From NCBI GenBank assembly GCA_025965475.1, contig JAOPWV010000095.1, positions 31,448 to 95,447 of the forward strand: 64,000 nucleotides of DNA. The letters run 5' to 3'. Positions 17,219-26,370 of this stretch are shown piece by piece. Each line of letters begins with the position of its first letter. Position 1 is the stretch's first letter. The stretch is from Frankiales bacterium. GTDB taxonomy: Bacteria; Actinomycetota; Actinomycetes; Mycobacteriales; SCTD01. The notes under the pieces were generated by a model. It ran no database searches, was not told the DNA's origin, and saw only the letters and a list, made by a program, of their open reading frames with translations. The translations under genes and the position numbers were made by a program.

Positions 17219-19561
17219 ATGTGCGAGCCCGTCCATCGTCCCGTCCTGACCGCTCCGTCTTGGGAGGACATCCTGACCGCCTTGGCCGAACCCGGCATCG
17301 CGCGCACCCCTCCGCTGGGGAGCGTCCTGCTCGTGGACGATGACGCGACCTTCGTCGCCGTCGCCCAGCCGGCCCTCGAGGCGGCCGGCTACTCCGTCAC
17401 CGCCGTGGCCACCGGCCTGCAGGCGCAGTCCGTGTTCGCGGCGAACACGCCGGACATCATCGTGGCTGACGTCGCGACTCCCGACGTGGACGGCTTCGAA
17501 CTGTTGCGCGGCCTGCGCGCCCAGCCGGCCGGCCGTTCCGTGCCCGTCATCCTGCTCACCGACGGCGCGGACGACGACGTCCTCACCGGGCTACGGCTGG
17601 GGGCCGACGACTGCGTCCCCAAGCCGCTGTCCGTGGACGAGCTCGTGGCGCGGGTGCGCACCAAGAGCGTCCGGCCGCCGGTGCCCGCCGACATGCTGCG
17701 CCGCGACATGCGCACCGGTCTGCTCTCCGAGAGCGCGCTGATCGAGGAGGCGGACCGCGAGCTCGTCCGCGGCCTTCGTGTCGGGCGGCCGGGTGCGCTC
17801 GCCGTCGTACATCTCCAGGAGATGCCGGCGCTGGTCTCGCGTTACGGGCAGCAGGCCAGTCCACAACTCGCCGAACAGCTGGCCGACCTGCTTCGGGACG
17901 CGTCGCTTCCGCTCGCACGTATCGGGCTCGACAGCTCGGGGCAGGTGCTCGTGCTGCTGCCCGAGACGACCGACGTCGACAGCGAGCAGCGGCTGGCGGT
18001 GCTCGCCGCGCAGGTGGCGGCGAGCCGCTTCACCATCGCGGGCGAGCATGTCCGCGTCACGCCCCTGACCGGCTGGGCCAGCTTCGCCGACGCGACGAGT
18101 GGGGAGCAGCTGCTCGACCGGGCCCGCGTCGCGACGGAGGCGTCCAGCCTCCATCTCGACCTGCTCCCGGTCCCGTGGACCCCGGACCTCGGGCAGAACG
18201 TGCCGGCCGCGCGGTCCGCCGGTCTGCGCTACCGGCTGCGGCTGCCGGCGCAGGTTCTCGCGACCTTCGTCATCGGGATGGGACTGCCGTTCCTGCTCTA
18301 CGTCCTGGTCGGCCAGCTGGGGCTGGACCTCTCCCGGGCCGCGTACTGGGTCGTCATGGCCTCGCTCCTGATCACGGCCGCCTCCATATGGGCCGAGGGC
18401 TTCTTCGCGCTCGATCCCAAGCAGCCACCGGCGGAGCCGGGCGCCGACTACCCGCCGGCCACGGCGATCATCGCGGCGTACCTGCCGAACGAGGCCGCCA
18501 CCATCCTCGAGACCGTCGAGGCGTTCCGGAAGCTGGACTACCCCGGCCCGCTGCAGATCCTCGTCGCCTACAACACCCCGCAGCCGATGGCCATCGAGGA
18601 CGACCTGCGCGCACTGGCACGGCAGGATCCGCGGGTGGTTCCGCTGCTCGTCCCCGACAGCACGTCGAAGGCACAGAACGTCAACGCGGCGATGAGCCAC
18701 GTGACGGGGGAGTTCGTCGGCATGTTCGACGCCGACCACCACCCGGACCCGACCGCCTTCAAGCGCGCCTGGCGCTGGCTGTCCAACGGGTACGACGTCG
18801 TGCAGGGCCATTGCGTCATCCGCAACGGGCACGCGTCGCAGGTCGCCCGGATGGTCGCTGTCGAGTTCGAGTCCATCTACGCGGTGAGCCACCCGGGTCG
18901 GGCCGCCCTGCACGGGTTCGGACTGTTCGGCGGCTCGAACGGCTTCTGGCGTACCGACCTGCTGGCGCGCACCCGCATGCACGGGTCGATGCTGACCGAG
19001 GACATCGACTCGACCCTGCGCATCCTCACCTCGGGATCCCGGATCGCCTCCGACCCGGCGCTGATCTCACGCGAGCTGGCACCCACGACCTGGGGTGCGC
19101 TGTGGAAGCAGCGGGCCCGCTGGGCGCAGGGCTGGTTCCAGGTCTCGCGCAAGCACCTGGTGGCCACCCTCCGCTCGCCGAACCTGCGCCTGCGGCAGAA
19201 GCTGGGCCTGGGCTTCCTGCTGGGCTGGCGCGAGATCTACCCGTGGCTGTCGCTGCAGATGTTCCCGGTGCTGGCCTACATGGCCTACCGGGACGGCGGC
19301 ATCACGCACCTGAGGTGGACCGTCCCGGCACTGGTGCTCGCGACCCTGTTCACCCTGGCCGTCGGACCGGCGCAGACGCTGTTCGCCTACCGGCTCGCCG
19401 TTCCGGAGCTGCGACGTGAACGCGCCTGGTTCTGGAGCTACCTGCTGGTCTCGTCGCTGGTCTACACGGAGTGGAAGAACGTCATCGCGCGGGTCGCCCA
19501 GATCAAGGAGCTGCTCGGGGAGCACCAGTGGACGGTGACCCCGCGCGCCTCGGTCGACTGA
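17219..19561 (+). CDS. REC - degenerate GGDEF - processive GT2 glycosyltransferase (membrane glycan synthase)
   Basis: Intact REC (LLVDDD, IIVAD, LLT, PKP). GGDEF-like region DMRTGLLS..RIGLDSSGQVLVLLP. Two TM segments, then GT2 motifs KAQN, FDADH, TED and QRARW, then C-terminal TM segments. Confidence 0.88.
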   Translation: MCEPVHRPVLTAPSWEDILTALAEPGIARTPPLGSVLLVDDDATFVAVAQPALEAAGYSVTAVATGLQAQSVFAANTPDIIVADVATPDVDGFELLRGLRAQPAGRSVPVILLTDGADDDVLTGLRLGADDCVPKPLSVDELVARVRTKSVRPPVPADMLRRDMRTGLLSESALIEEADRELVRGLRVGRPGALAVVHLQEMPALVSRYGQQASPQLAEQLADLLRDASLPLARIGLDSSGQVLVLLPETTDVDSEQRLAVLAAQVAASRFTIAGEHVRVTPLTGWASFADATSGEQLLDRARVATEASSLHLDLLPVPWTPDLGQNVPAARSAGLRYRLRLPAQVLATFVIGMGLPFLLYVLVGQLGLDLSRAAYWVVMASLLITAASIWAEGFFALDPKQPPAEPGADYPPATAIIAAYLPNEAATILETVEAFRKLDYPGPLQILVAYNTPQPMAIEDDLRALARQDPRVVPLLVPDSTSKAQNVNAAMSHVTGEFVGMFDADHHPDPTAFKRAWRWLSNGYDVVQGHCVIRNGHASQVARMVAVEFESIYAVSHPGRAALHGFGLFGGSNGFWRTDLLARTRMHGSMLTEDIDSTLRILTSGSRIASDPALISRELAPTTWGALWKQRARWAQGWFQVSRKHLVATLRSPNLRLRQKLGLGFLLGWREIYPWLSLQMFPVLAYMAYRDGGITHLRWTVPALVLATLFTLAVGPAQTLFAYRLAVPELRRERAWFWSYLLVSSLVYTEWKNVIARVAQIKELLGEHQWTVTPRASVD

Positions 19562-19630
19562 CCCGCCATCTCCTGTCAGTGCCTGTCGTCCGTCGTTTGG
19601 CGGCACGCCCGCAAACCGAAGGAGTTTTCT

Positions 19631-20869
19631 GTGACGACCGCGACGATCGGGCGCAGCCCGGCACCTTCGCCCACGAACCCCCGGGCCGGTGGACCGCAGA
19701 CGCCTGAAGGCGCACCGCCGAAGGCGCGTTCCCGGGAACTCGAGGGCTATCGCGGCCTCGCCGCCCTCTCGATCATCATCTTCCACGTCTGCCAGTACGT
19801 CTTCCAGCCGAACCCGGCCAATCCGCTGGTGACCCAGCTCGCCCGGTTCGAGATCGTCGACGTGCTGTTCGTCCTGTCCGCCTTCCTGCTGACCCTGCCG
19901 TACGCCCGCGCGGCCATCGACCGCGGTTCGCACCAGTCGGCGGGACAGTTCTTGTTCCGACGTGCCGTCCGCATCCTGCCGCTGTACTGGATCGCCGTGC
20001 TGGTGGTCTGGGCCTGCCGCAACCCGGCGCTCCCGGGCGACTGGCGCGACCTGGTGGAGCATCTGACCTTCACGCACGTGTTCGACCGGGAGCGGATCTT
20101 CTACACGCTCGGACCAGCGTGGTCGATGTGCCTGGAGATCTTCTTCTACGGGCTGCTGGTGTTCCTCGGCCCGCTGGCGTACCGACTCGCCGGCCGGCTG
20201 GCCACGCGGCGGTCGAGGGTCGTCGCGCTCGCTGCTGGCTGTCTCGTGCTCTACGCGGTGCCGGTGGCCTGGAACAACGTCGCGTACTTCGTCTTCCACC
20301 AGCCGTTCAACAACTGGCCCGTCTACTTCGGACCCCAGGCCCGCTTCGGGGCGTTCGCGCTCGGCATGTTGCTGTCGGTCGTCGTCGCGGCCCGGCGCTC
20401 CGCTCCGTTACTGCAGGGAGTCTGGCCGGCGGTCGTCCGCCTTGCGGCCCTGGCCGTCATCATCGGGGCTGCCTGGCTGGACCGGCCCAACTCGTGGGGG
20501 CAGATCGCGTATCACGACATCGCCGCCATCGGCTGGGTGCTGCTGCTGGCCAGCACGGTTTCCGGCTCGCCCGACCAGACGTGGTCACGTGCCCTGTCCC
20601 GGCGGTCCCTCGCGTGGGTCGGACTCATCAGCTACAGCGTCTACATCTGGCACGAGCCGACACTGCTGCTGCTGAACCACCTCGGCATCACCAGCCGCGA
20701 GCCGTCGGCCCTGCCGTGGACGATCGCGGTGGTGTTGGTGACGTCGCTGGGCGTGGGCTTCCTGAGCTACTGGGCACTCGAGTACCCGACCAGCAAGCTG
20801 CGCAGCCTGCGCGACCGTTCGGGGCAGGCCCGCGACTACTACCCGGAACTGTCGCGCTCCGGCAGCTAG
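19631..20869 (+). CDS. Acyltransferase family 3 (OafA-like) membrane protein
   Basis: LEGYRGLAALSIIIFH, VDVLFVLSAFLL, RRAVRILPLY, WSMCLE and GLISYSVYIWH. Confidence 0.88.
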   Translation: MTTATIGRSPAPSPTNPRAGGPQTPEGAPPKARSRELEGYRGLAALSIIIFHVCQYVFQPNPANPLVTQLARFEIVDVLFVLSAFLLTLPYARAAIDRGSHQSAGQFLFRRAVRILPLYWIAVLVVWACRNPALPGDWRDLVEHLTFTHVFDRERIFYTLGPAWSMCLEIFFYGLLVFLGPLAYRLAGRLATRRSRVVALAAGCLVLYAVPVAWNNVAYFVFHQPFNNWPVYFGPQARFGAFALGMLLSVVVAARRSAPLLQGVWPAVVRLAALAVIIGAAWLDRPNSWGQIAYHDIAAIGWVLLLASTVSGSPDQTWSRALSRRSLAWVGLISYSVYIWHEPTLLLLNHLGITSREPSALPWTIAVVLVTSLGVGFLSYWALEYPTSKLRSLRDRSGQARDYYPELSRSGS

Positions 20870-22344
20870 GCGCCCGGAGGGGATGACGCCGTGCGCCTAC
20901 GGCCCACGGCGTTGTCCATGTCCTCGAGCTCGCGGCCCTTGGTTTCACGGACCATGCCCAGGACGAAGAAGAACGACAAGATGGCGAACAGGGCGTAGAG
21001 GCCGTAAGCGAACGAGAGCCCGATGCTCGCCAGGCCCGGGAAGGTCGTGGACACGACGAAGTTCGCGATCCACTGGGCGGCCGCGGCGACGGACAGCGCG
21101 GCCGCCCGGATCTGGTTGGAGAACATCTCCCCGAGGAGCACCCACACCACCGGTCCCCAGGACACGCCGAAGAACACGACGTAGGCGTTGGCTGCGATCA
21201 ACGCGACGGTGCCCCAGGGCGCGGGCAGCGAGACGTTGTCGCCCGAGCCGGTGGAGTGCGTGAAGCACAGCGCCATCGTGCCCAGGCTGATGGCCATGCC
21301 GGCTGAGCCGACGAGCAGCAGCGGCTTGCGCCCCACCCGGTCGACCAGCGCGATGGCCACCAGGGTCACCACCACGTTCGTCACCGACGTGATCACCGTG
21401 ATCTCGAGGGCGCGCGACTCGGTGAAACCGACGGACCGCCACAGGGTCGTCGAGTAGTAGAAGATCACGTTGATGCCGACGAACTGCTGGAACACCGACA
21501 GCAGGATCCCGACCCAGACGATCGGCAGCAGACCGCCGGAGGTACCGCGGAGGTCGCCCAGTCGCGGCTGGTGCTCCCGGCGGAGGGTGCGCTGGATGTC
21601 CGCGATCTTGTTCTGCACCCGCGATGTGCCGAGCACCTCGCGCAGGACCGCGCCGGCCCGTTCGGTCTCGCCCTTCGCGACGAGGTAGCGCGGGGACTCG
21701 GGGATCTGCAGGGCCAGGAGGCCGTACGCGACCGACGGCACCAGCATGCTGAGGAACATCCAGCGCCAGGCCGGGAGCCCGAGCCACAGCACATGGAGGG
21801 CGCCCCCGGCGAGGAACGCGAGGAAGGCGTCCGTCAGCAGGGCGATGAAGATGCCGGTCACGATGGCCAGCTGCTGCAGGGAACCGAGTCGTCCGCGGTA
21901 ACGGGCGGGCGCGATCTCGGCGATGTACGCCGGCGCGATCACCGAGGCGACGCCGACGCCGACGCCCCCCACGAAGCGCCAGATGACCAGGTCCCAGGCG
22001 GCGAACGCCAGCCCGGAGCCGATCGCTCCCGCGGCGAACAGGCACGCGGCGAGGACCATGACCCGCACCCGGCCGACCCGGTCTGCGGCCTGTCCGGCGA
22101 ACCACGCTCCGACCGCGGAGCCGAGCAGGGCGACGGCGACCGTGAACCCGAGGGCGAACGGCCCGAGATGGAAGTCGTCCCGGATGGCGTCGACCGCGCC
22201 GTTGATGACCGCGGTGTCGAACCCGAACAGGAAGCCGCCGAGGGCGGCCACCAACGAGATGATCAGGGCCTTGCCGGTGGCGCCGCCCTGGTCGTCCTCG
22301 GCGAGGGCGCCCTCCCGGGAGGTGCCGGCCTGCTCGTCCACCAT
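20866..22344 (-). CDS. Sugar porter family MFS transporter (GlcP-like)
   Basis: GGFLFGFDTAVING, DRVGR, PESPRYL, QQFVGINVIFYY and ETKGRELE. Confidence 0.92.
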   Translation of the reverse strand: MVDEQAGTSREGALAEDDQGGATGKALIISLVAALGGFLFGFDTAVINGAVDAIRDDFHLGPFALGFTVAVALLGSAVGAWFAGQAADRVGRVRVMVLAACLFAAGAIGSGLAFAAWDLVIWRFVGGVGVGVASVIAPAYIAEIAPARYRGRLGSLQQLAIVTGIFIALLTDAFLAFLAGGALHVLWLGLPAWRWMFLSMLVPSVAYGLLALQIPESPRYLVAKGETERAGAVLREVLGTSRVQNKIADIQRTLRREHQPRLGDLRGTSGGLLPIVWVGILLSVFQQFVGINVIFYYSTTLWRSVGFTESRALEITVITSVTNVVVTLVAIALVDRVGRKPLLLVGSAGMAISLGTMALCFTHSTGSGDNVSLPAPWGTVALIAANAYVVFFGVSWGPVVWVLLGEMFSNQIRAAALSVAAAAQWIANFVVSTTFPGLASIGLSFAYGLYALFAILSFFFVLGMVRETKGRELEDMDNAVGRRRTASSPPGA

Positions 22345-22719
22345 CGCGCACCTACCGATCTGCCGCCGCCGCCCTCGCTGGTTGATCCACCGTCTGCCCC
22401 GTCGCGGTCACGTCAATCGGCCCGGACCGGGGTCGCGCGCGAGGCGCGACGCCAGGACCATGGTCGGCTCCGGTGCCCGGGGCGGCAAGGGCTCACCGCT
22501 CTTCGGCCCGGGCGAATCCCCGTGCCGTCCGCCCCGGTTCTCCATGGCCATTTCGCATGGCGGCGCCCTCTTCCGGACGACAGCGGACATGCCTTTCGGT
22601 GATCACCTCGAGACAGTCGGTCATCTACAGGAACAATTCATCTACGCAACGTGACTGCATGTTTGCGTGTGTGTCCGCGGCTCCACAAAGGGGTCGTCTG
22701 CGACCGGAGGGTCACGTAG

Positions 22720-23130
22720 ATGAGAATTACGGGACGTGTTGTGGCGTTGGGCGCGGCGCTCGTGGCGGTGCCGATGATGGGCCTGCCGGCAGCGGGCGCG
22801 GCGACGACGGCGACGACGGCGGGGACGGGGGTGGCCAGGGTCGGGCTGCACGTCACGCCGAGCGCCCCGGTGTCCACCAAGCAGATCCGCCTGCACTCGG
22901 CCGTCATCCCCAAGGCCCCCGCGACGACGAAGGCGACCGGCAGCGTCTGCTGGTTCGACGGCGCAACGCAGCTCGGTTGCTCGCCGCTGGCGGTCGACAA
23001 GAAGGGCGCCGCGGCGGCGGACTTCAAGACCAAGCTGGCCAAGGGCAGTCACAGCCTGATGGCCAAGTACTCGGGCGACTCGAGCTACCGGCCGGCGAGC
23101 ACCAAGCCGGTCTCGGTCACCGTCGCGTAG
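22720..23130 (+). CDS. Secreted single Ig-like (Big_3-type) domain protein
   Basis: Signal peptide; ATGSVCWFDGATQLG..LAKGSHSLMAKYSGDSSY..S. Confidence 0.75.
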   Translation: MRITGRVVALGAALVAVPMMGLPAAGAATTATTAGTGVARVGLHVTPSAPVSTKQIRLHSAVIPKAPATTKATGSVCWFDGATQLGCSPLAVDKKGAAAADFKTKLAKGSHSLMAKYSGDSSYRPASTKPVSVTVA

Positions 23131-23143
23131 CGGCCGCACGTCA

Positions 23144-23177
23144 CAGGCCCCCGGTCCGCGAGGAGTCCGGGGGCCTG
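23144..23177 (+). terminator. Stem-loop terminator
   Basis: CAGGCCCCCGG...CCGGGGGCCTG immediately after the stop codon. Confidence 0.6.
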
Positions 23178-23417
23178 CTGCGTCTGGGGACGTGTACGGC
23201 CGGTCCGTCATCCGCCGGACCGGAGTTTCAGGACGACCGGGCGCCGGCGCCCCTTGCTCGCGCGCGTGCGATCTAGTCCTTTGCCGTGATGTCGGACGGC
23301 GATCGGCTGCATTCGGATGGCACTCAAGTGCATTCGAGGCGATCCCTTTGCCGACCGTTCATGTGACGCGCCCGTGCGCGTTGCCGCGGCGCCGCTCTTG
23401 ACCGTGACGCTGTGTGC

Positions 23418-24512
23418 ATGAGAGTGGCCCTGGTCACCGAATCCGTCCTCCCTCAGGTCAACGGCGTCACCAACTCGGTTCTCAGGGTGTGCGAGCAGAT
23501 GCACCGGCTCGGCCACGAGGTGCTGGTCGTGGCGCCGGGGGACGGCCCCACCACGTGGGCTGGTGCACGGGTCGTGCGTACGCCCTCCGTGCCGTTACCG
23601 GTTTACGGGGACTTCCGACTGGCGCGCCCGTGGCCCGGGCTCGCGGCAACGCTGGGGCAGTTCCGGCCCGACGTCGTGCACCTCGCCTCGCCGGCAGTGC
23701 TCGGTGCGCAGGCCGCGTTCACCGCGAGGCGGCTGGGATTCCCGGTAGTCGCGGTCTACCAGACGAACCTGGCCGGATTCGCGTCGCCCTACGGGCTCTC
23801 CTCCGCCGAGCGTGCCATCTGGCGCTGGTTGCGGCGCGTGCACGGAGCGGCCGGCCGCACTCTCGCGCCGAGCCGCCACGCGGTCCTCGACCTCCAGCGC
23901 AACGGTGTCCAGCGGGTCGACCGCTGGGCGCGCGGGGTGGACCTGGGAAGGTTCCACCCGCTGCACCGGGACACGCAGCTGAGGTCCCGACTTGCTCCGG
24001 GCGGAGAACTGATCGTCGGCTACGTCGGCCGGCTGGCTCAGGAGAAGCAGGTCGAGCTGCTGGTGTCCCTGCGCGGCCAGCCGCGGACGAAACTCGTGAT
24101 CGTCGGCGACGGCCCGCGACGTCAGCACCTGCAGCGCCGGCTCCCGGAGGCGACGTTCCTGGGCTTCCAGTCCGGCGACCAGCTGGCCGAGACCTTCGCC
24201 AGCCTCGACGTCTTCGTGCACACGGGCCCGCACGAGACCTTCTGCCAGGCGGCTCAGGAGGCGCTGGCCAGCGGGGTGCCCGTGGTCGGTCCGCGGGCCG
24301 GTGGCCTGCTCGACCTCGTCGAGCCGGGCGTGACCGGACAGCTGTTCGTCCCAGCCTCCGGAGCTTCGCTCCGGGAGCAGGTCGGGCTGCTTGCCGACCC
24401 TGGGGTACGGGAGCGGATGGCGGTCGAGGCGCGCCGCTCGGTCGAGGGTCGTGGGTGGGACGTCATCGGGGACCAGCTGCAGCAGCACTATCGGGAGGTG
24501 GTCTCGCTGTGA
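23418..24512 (+). CDS. GT4 glycosyltransferase (MgtA/PimB-like)
   Basis: MRVALVTESVLPQVNGVTNSV, YVGRLAQEK and HETFCQAAQEALASG. Confidence 0.88.
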   Translation: MRVALVTESVLPQVNGVTNSVLRVCEQMHRLGHEVLVVAPGDGPTTWAGARVVRTPSVPLPVYGDFRLARPWPGLAATLGQFRPDVVHLASPAVLGAQAAFTARRLGFPVVAVYQTNLAGFASPYGLSSAERAIWRWLRRVHGAAGRTLAPSRHAVLDLQRNGVQRVDRWARGVDLGRFHPLHRDTQLRSRLAPGGELIVGYVGRLAQEKQVELLVSLRGQPRTKLVIVGDGPRRQHLQRRLPEATFLGFQSGDQLAETFASLDVFVHTGPHETFCQAAQEALASGVPVVGPRAGGLLDLVEPGVTGQLFVPASGASLREQVGLLADPGVRERMAVEARRSVEGRGWDVIGDQLQQHYREVVSL

Positions 24513-25639
24513 CCCGCATCGTTCAGGTGGCGAACTTCTTCGGCCCGCGCTCGGGGGGCCTGCGGGCAGCGCTGAACGCGCTCGCCGCCGGTTACGCGGA
24601 CGCCGGTCACGAGGTCGTGCAGGTGGTGCCCGGACCGGCGGAGGTCGTGGAGGAGCAGCCGTGGGGCGCCCGCGTCGTACGGCGGGGGCGGGAGGTTCCG
24701 GGCACCGGGTACCGCGTGCTCAGGGGACCGGGGGTTGCACGGACGCTGGACCAGCTCGCCCCCGACCGCCTCGAGGTGCATGACCGCACCACGTTGCGGG
24801 GCCTCGGCCGGTGGGCGTCCGCACGCGGGGTGCCGTCGCTGACGGTGAGCCACGAGCGGCTCGACCGCTGGCTCGCGCAGTGGCTGCCGCCCACGTTGCC
24901 CCTCGGGCGGATGGCAGACCGGGCCAACGCCGCGACGGCCGCCTCGTTCGACGCCGTGGTGTGCACGACGGCGTGGGCCGCCGAAGAGTTCGAGCGGCTG
25001 GGCGTCGGGAACCTGGTCCGCGTGCCGCTGGGCGTCGACCTCGAGCTCTTCAGCCCGCGGGTCACCGACTCGCAGCTGCGCGGTGAGCTGGCCGAGCCGC
25101 ATGAGCAACTGCTCGTGATGGCCAGCCGGTTGTCCCGCGAGAAGTGCCCGCAGCTCGCCGTTGCAGCGGCGGAGCGGTTGGCTGCGGACGGTGTGCCGGT
25201 CCGGCTCGCGGTCGCGGGCGACGGTCCGCTCCGCCGCTCCCTGACGCGCCGGGCGCAGGATCTGCCCGTCACGTTCCTCGGGTTCGTCCCCGGCCGCGGG
25301 GCGATGGCGCGGCTGCTCGCGACCGCGGATGTCGTGGTGGCGCCCGGCCCGGTGGAGACGTTCGGCCTGGCGGCGCTGGAGGCGCTGGCGTCGGGGACCC
25401 CGGTGGTCGCCTCGGTGCACTCCGCGCTCGGAGAGGTGCTCGGCCCGGACGCGCCGCTCGCCGGGGCTACCGGCGCCGACTTCGCCCGCGCGGTACGCGC
25501 CGTCCTGGAGCGGGCACCGGCGGAGCGGCGGCCGGCGGCCCGGCGCCGTGCCGAGCAGTTCCCCTGGTCGGCGACGGTCGACGGGTTTCTCGCGGTCCAC
25601 CGGCTCCAGCCGGCACGGGCCACCCGAGGTGCAGCGTGA
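24509..25639 (+). CDS. GT4 glycosyltransferase
   Basis: RIVQVANFFGPRSGGLR, SRLSREK and ETFGLAALEALASG; GTGA overlap with the upstream gene. Confidence 0.88.
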   Translation: MTRIVQVANFFGPRSGGLRAALNALAAGYADAGHEVVQVVPGPAEVVEEQPWGARVVRRGREVPGTGYRVLRGPGVARTLDQLAPDRLEVHDRTTLRGLGRWASARGVPSLTVSHERLDRWLAQWLPPTLPLGRMADRANAATAASFDAVVCTTAWAAEEFERLGVGNLVRVPLGVDLELFSPRVTDSQLRGELAEPHEQLLVMASRLSREKCPQLAVAAAERLAADGVPVRLAVAGDGPLRRSLTRRAQDLPVTFLGFVPGRGAMARLLATADVVVAPGPVETFGLAALEALASGTPVVASVHSALGEVLGPDAPLAGATGADFARAVRAVLERAPAERRPAARRRAEQFPWSATVDGFLAVHRLQPARATRGAA

Positions 25640-26367
25640 CCCTCGTGGCGACGCTCGGCGACAGCTTCAGCTGCGGCGAGGGGGTCGGGCTGCGCACCGA
25701 CCTGGCCGACACATGGGGCGCCCGGGTGGCCGCGGCGCTGGACGGTTCGCTGGTCGCGCTGGCCGCGCCCGGTGCCCGGATCCGGGACGTGCGGACCGGG
25801 CAGCTGCCCCGCGCTCTGTGGGCCCGCCCGGCCGTGGCGACCGTGCTGGCCGGCCTCAACGACGTGATCCGGTCGGACTTCCGCCCGGCCGCGGTTCAGG
25901 CGGATCTGACCGCGGTGGTCGTCCGCCTGCGCTCCGCGGGCGTCCTGGTCGTCCTGTGCCGGCTGCACGACCCGACCCGCCTGCTGCCGCTAACGCCGTT
26001 CCTCCGGCGCCGGGTGCAGGATCGCGTGGCCGTGGTCAACGCGGCGATCGACGCCGCGGCCTGCGATCCGGGGGTGCTCGCGGTCGACCTTGCTGCGGTG
26101 CCGCAACTGGGGGAGCGGCGAGCCTGGGCTGTGGACCGGCTGCACCCGAGCGTGTTCGGGCAGGCGGCGATGGCGACGGCCGCCGCGTCCGCGCTGGCCG
26201 CCGCCGGCATGACCGTCCGGGAGCTACCGGCTCCGGTGGAGGCGGGCGCGGCGGGCCTGTTGGCCGAAGGCCGATGGTTCGTCCGGCATGCCGTCCCCTG
26301 GCTGGCGTCGCACACCAGGCACGTCGTGCTGCCGGTCGTCTCCATGGCGGCCGGGGCGCGGGCCTGA
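25636..26367 (+). CDS. SGNH/GDSL hydrolase
   Basis: LGDSFSCGEG, GLND and DRLHP; GTGA overlap with the upstream gene. Confidence 0.85.
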   Translation: MTLVATLGDSFSCGEGVGLRTDLADTWGARVAAALDGSLVALAAPGARIRDVRTGQLPRALWARPAVATVLAGLNDVIRSDFRPAAVQADLTAVVVRLRSAGVLVVLCRLHDPTRLLPLTPFLRRRVQDRVAVVNAAIDAAACDPGVLAVDLAAVPQLGERRAWAVDRLHPSVFGQAAMATAAASALAAAGMTVRELPAPVEAGAAGLLAEGRWFVRHAVPWLASHTRHVVLPVVSMAAGARA

Positions 26368-26370
26368 GGG

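Noticed and set aside
17700..18160. Active diguanylate cyclase
   Set aside because: The GG(D/E)EF motif and the metal/GTP-binding residues are missing.
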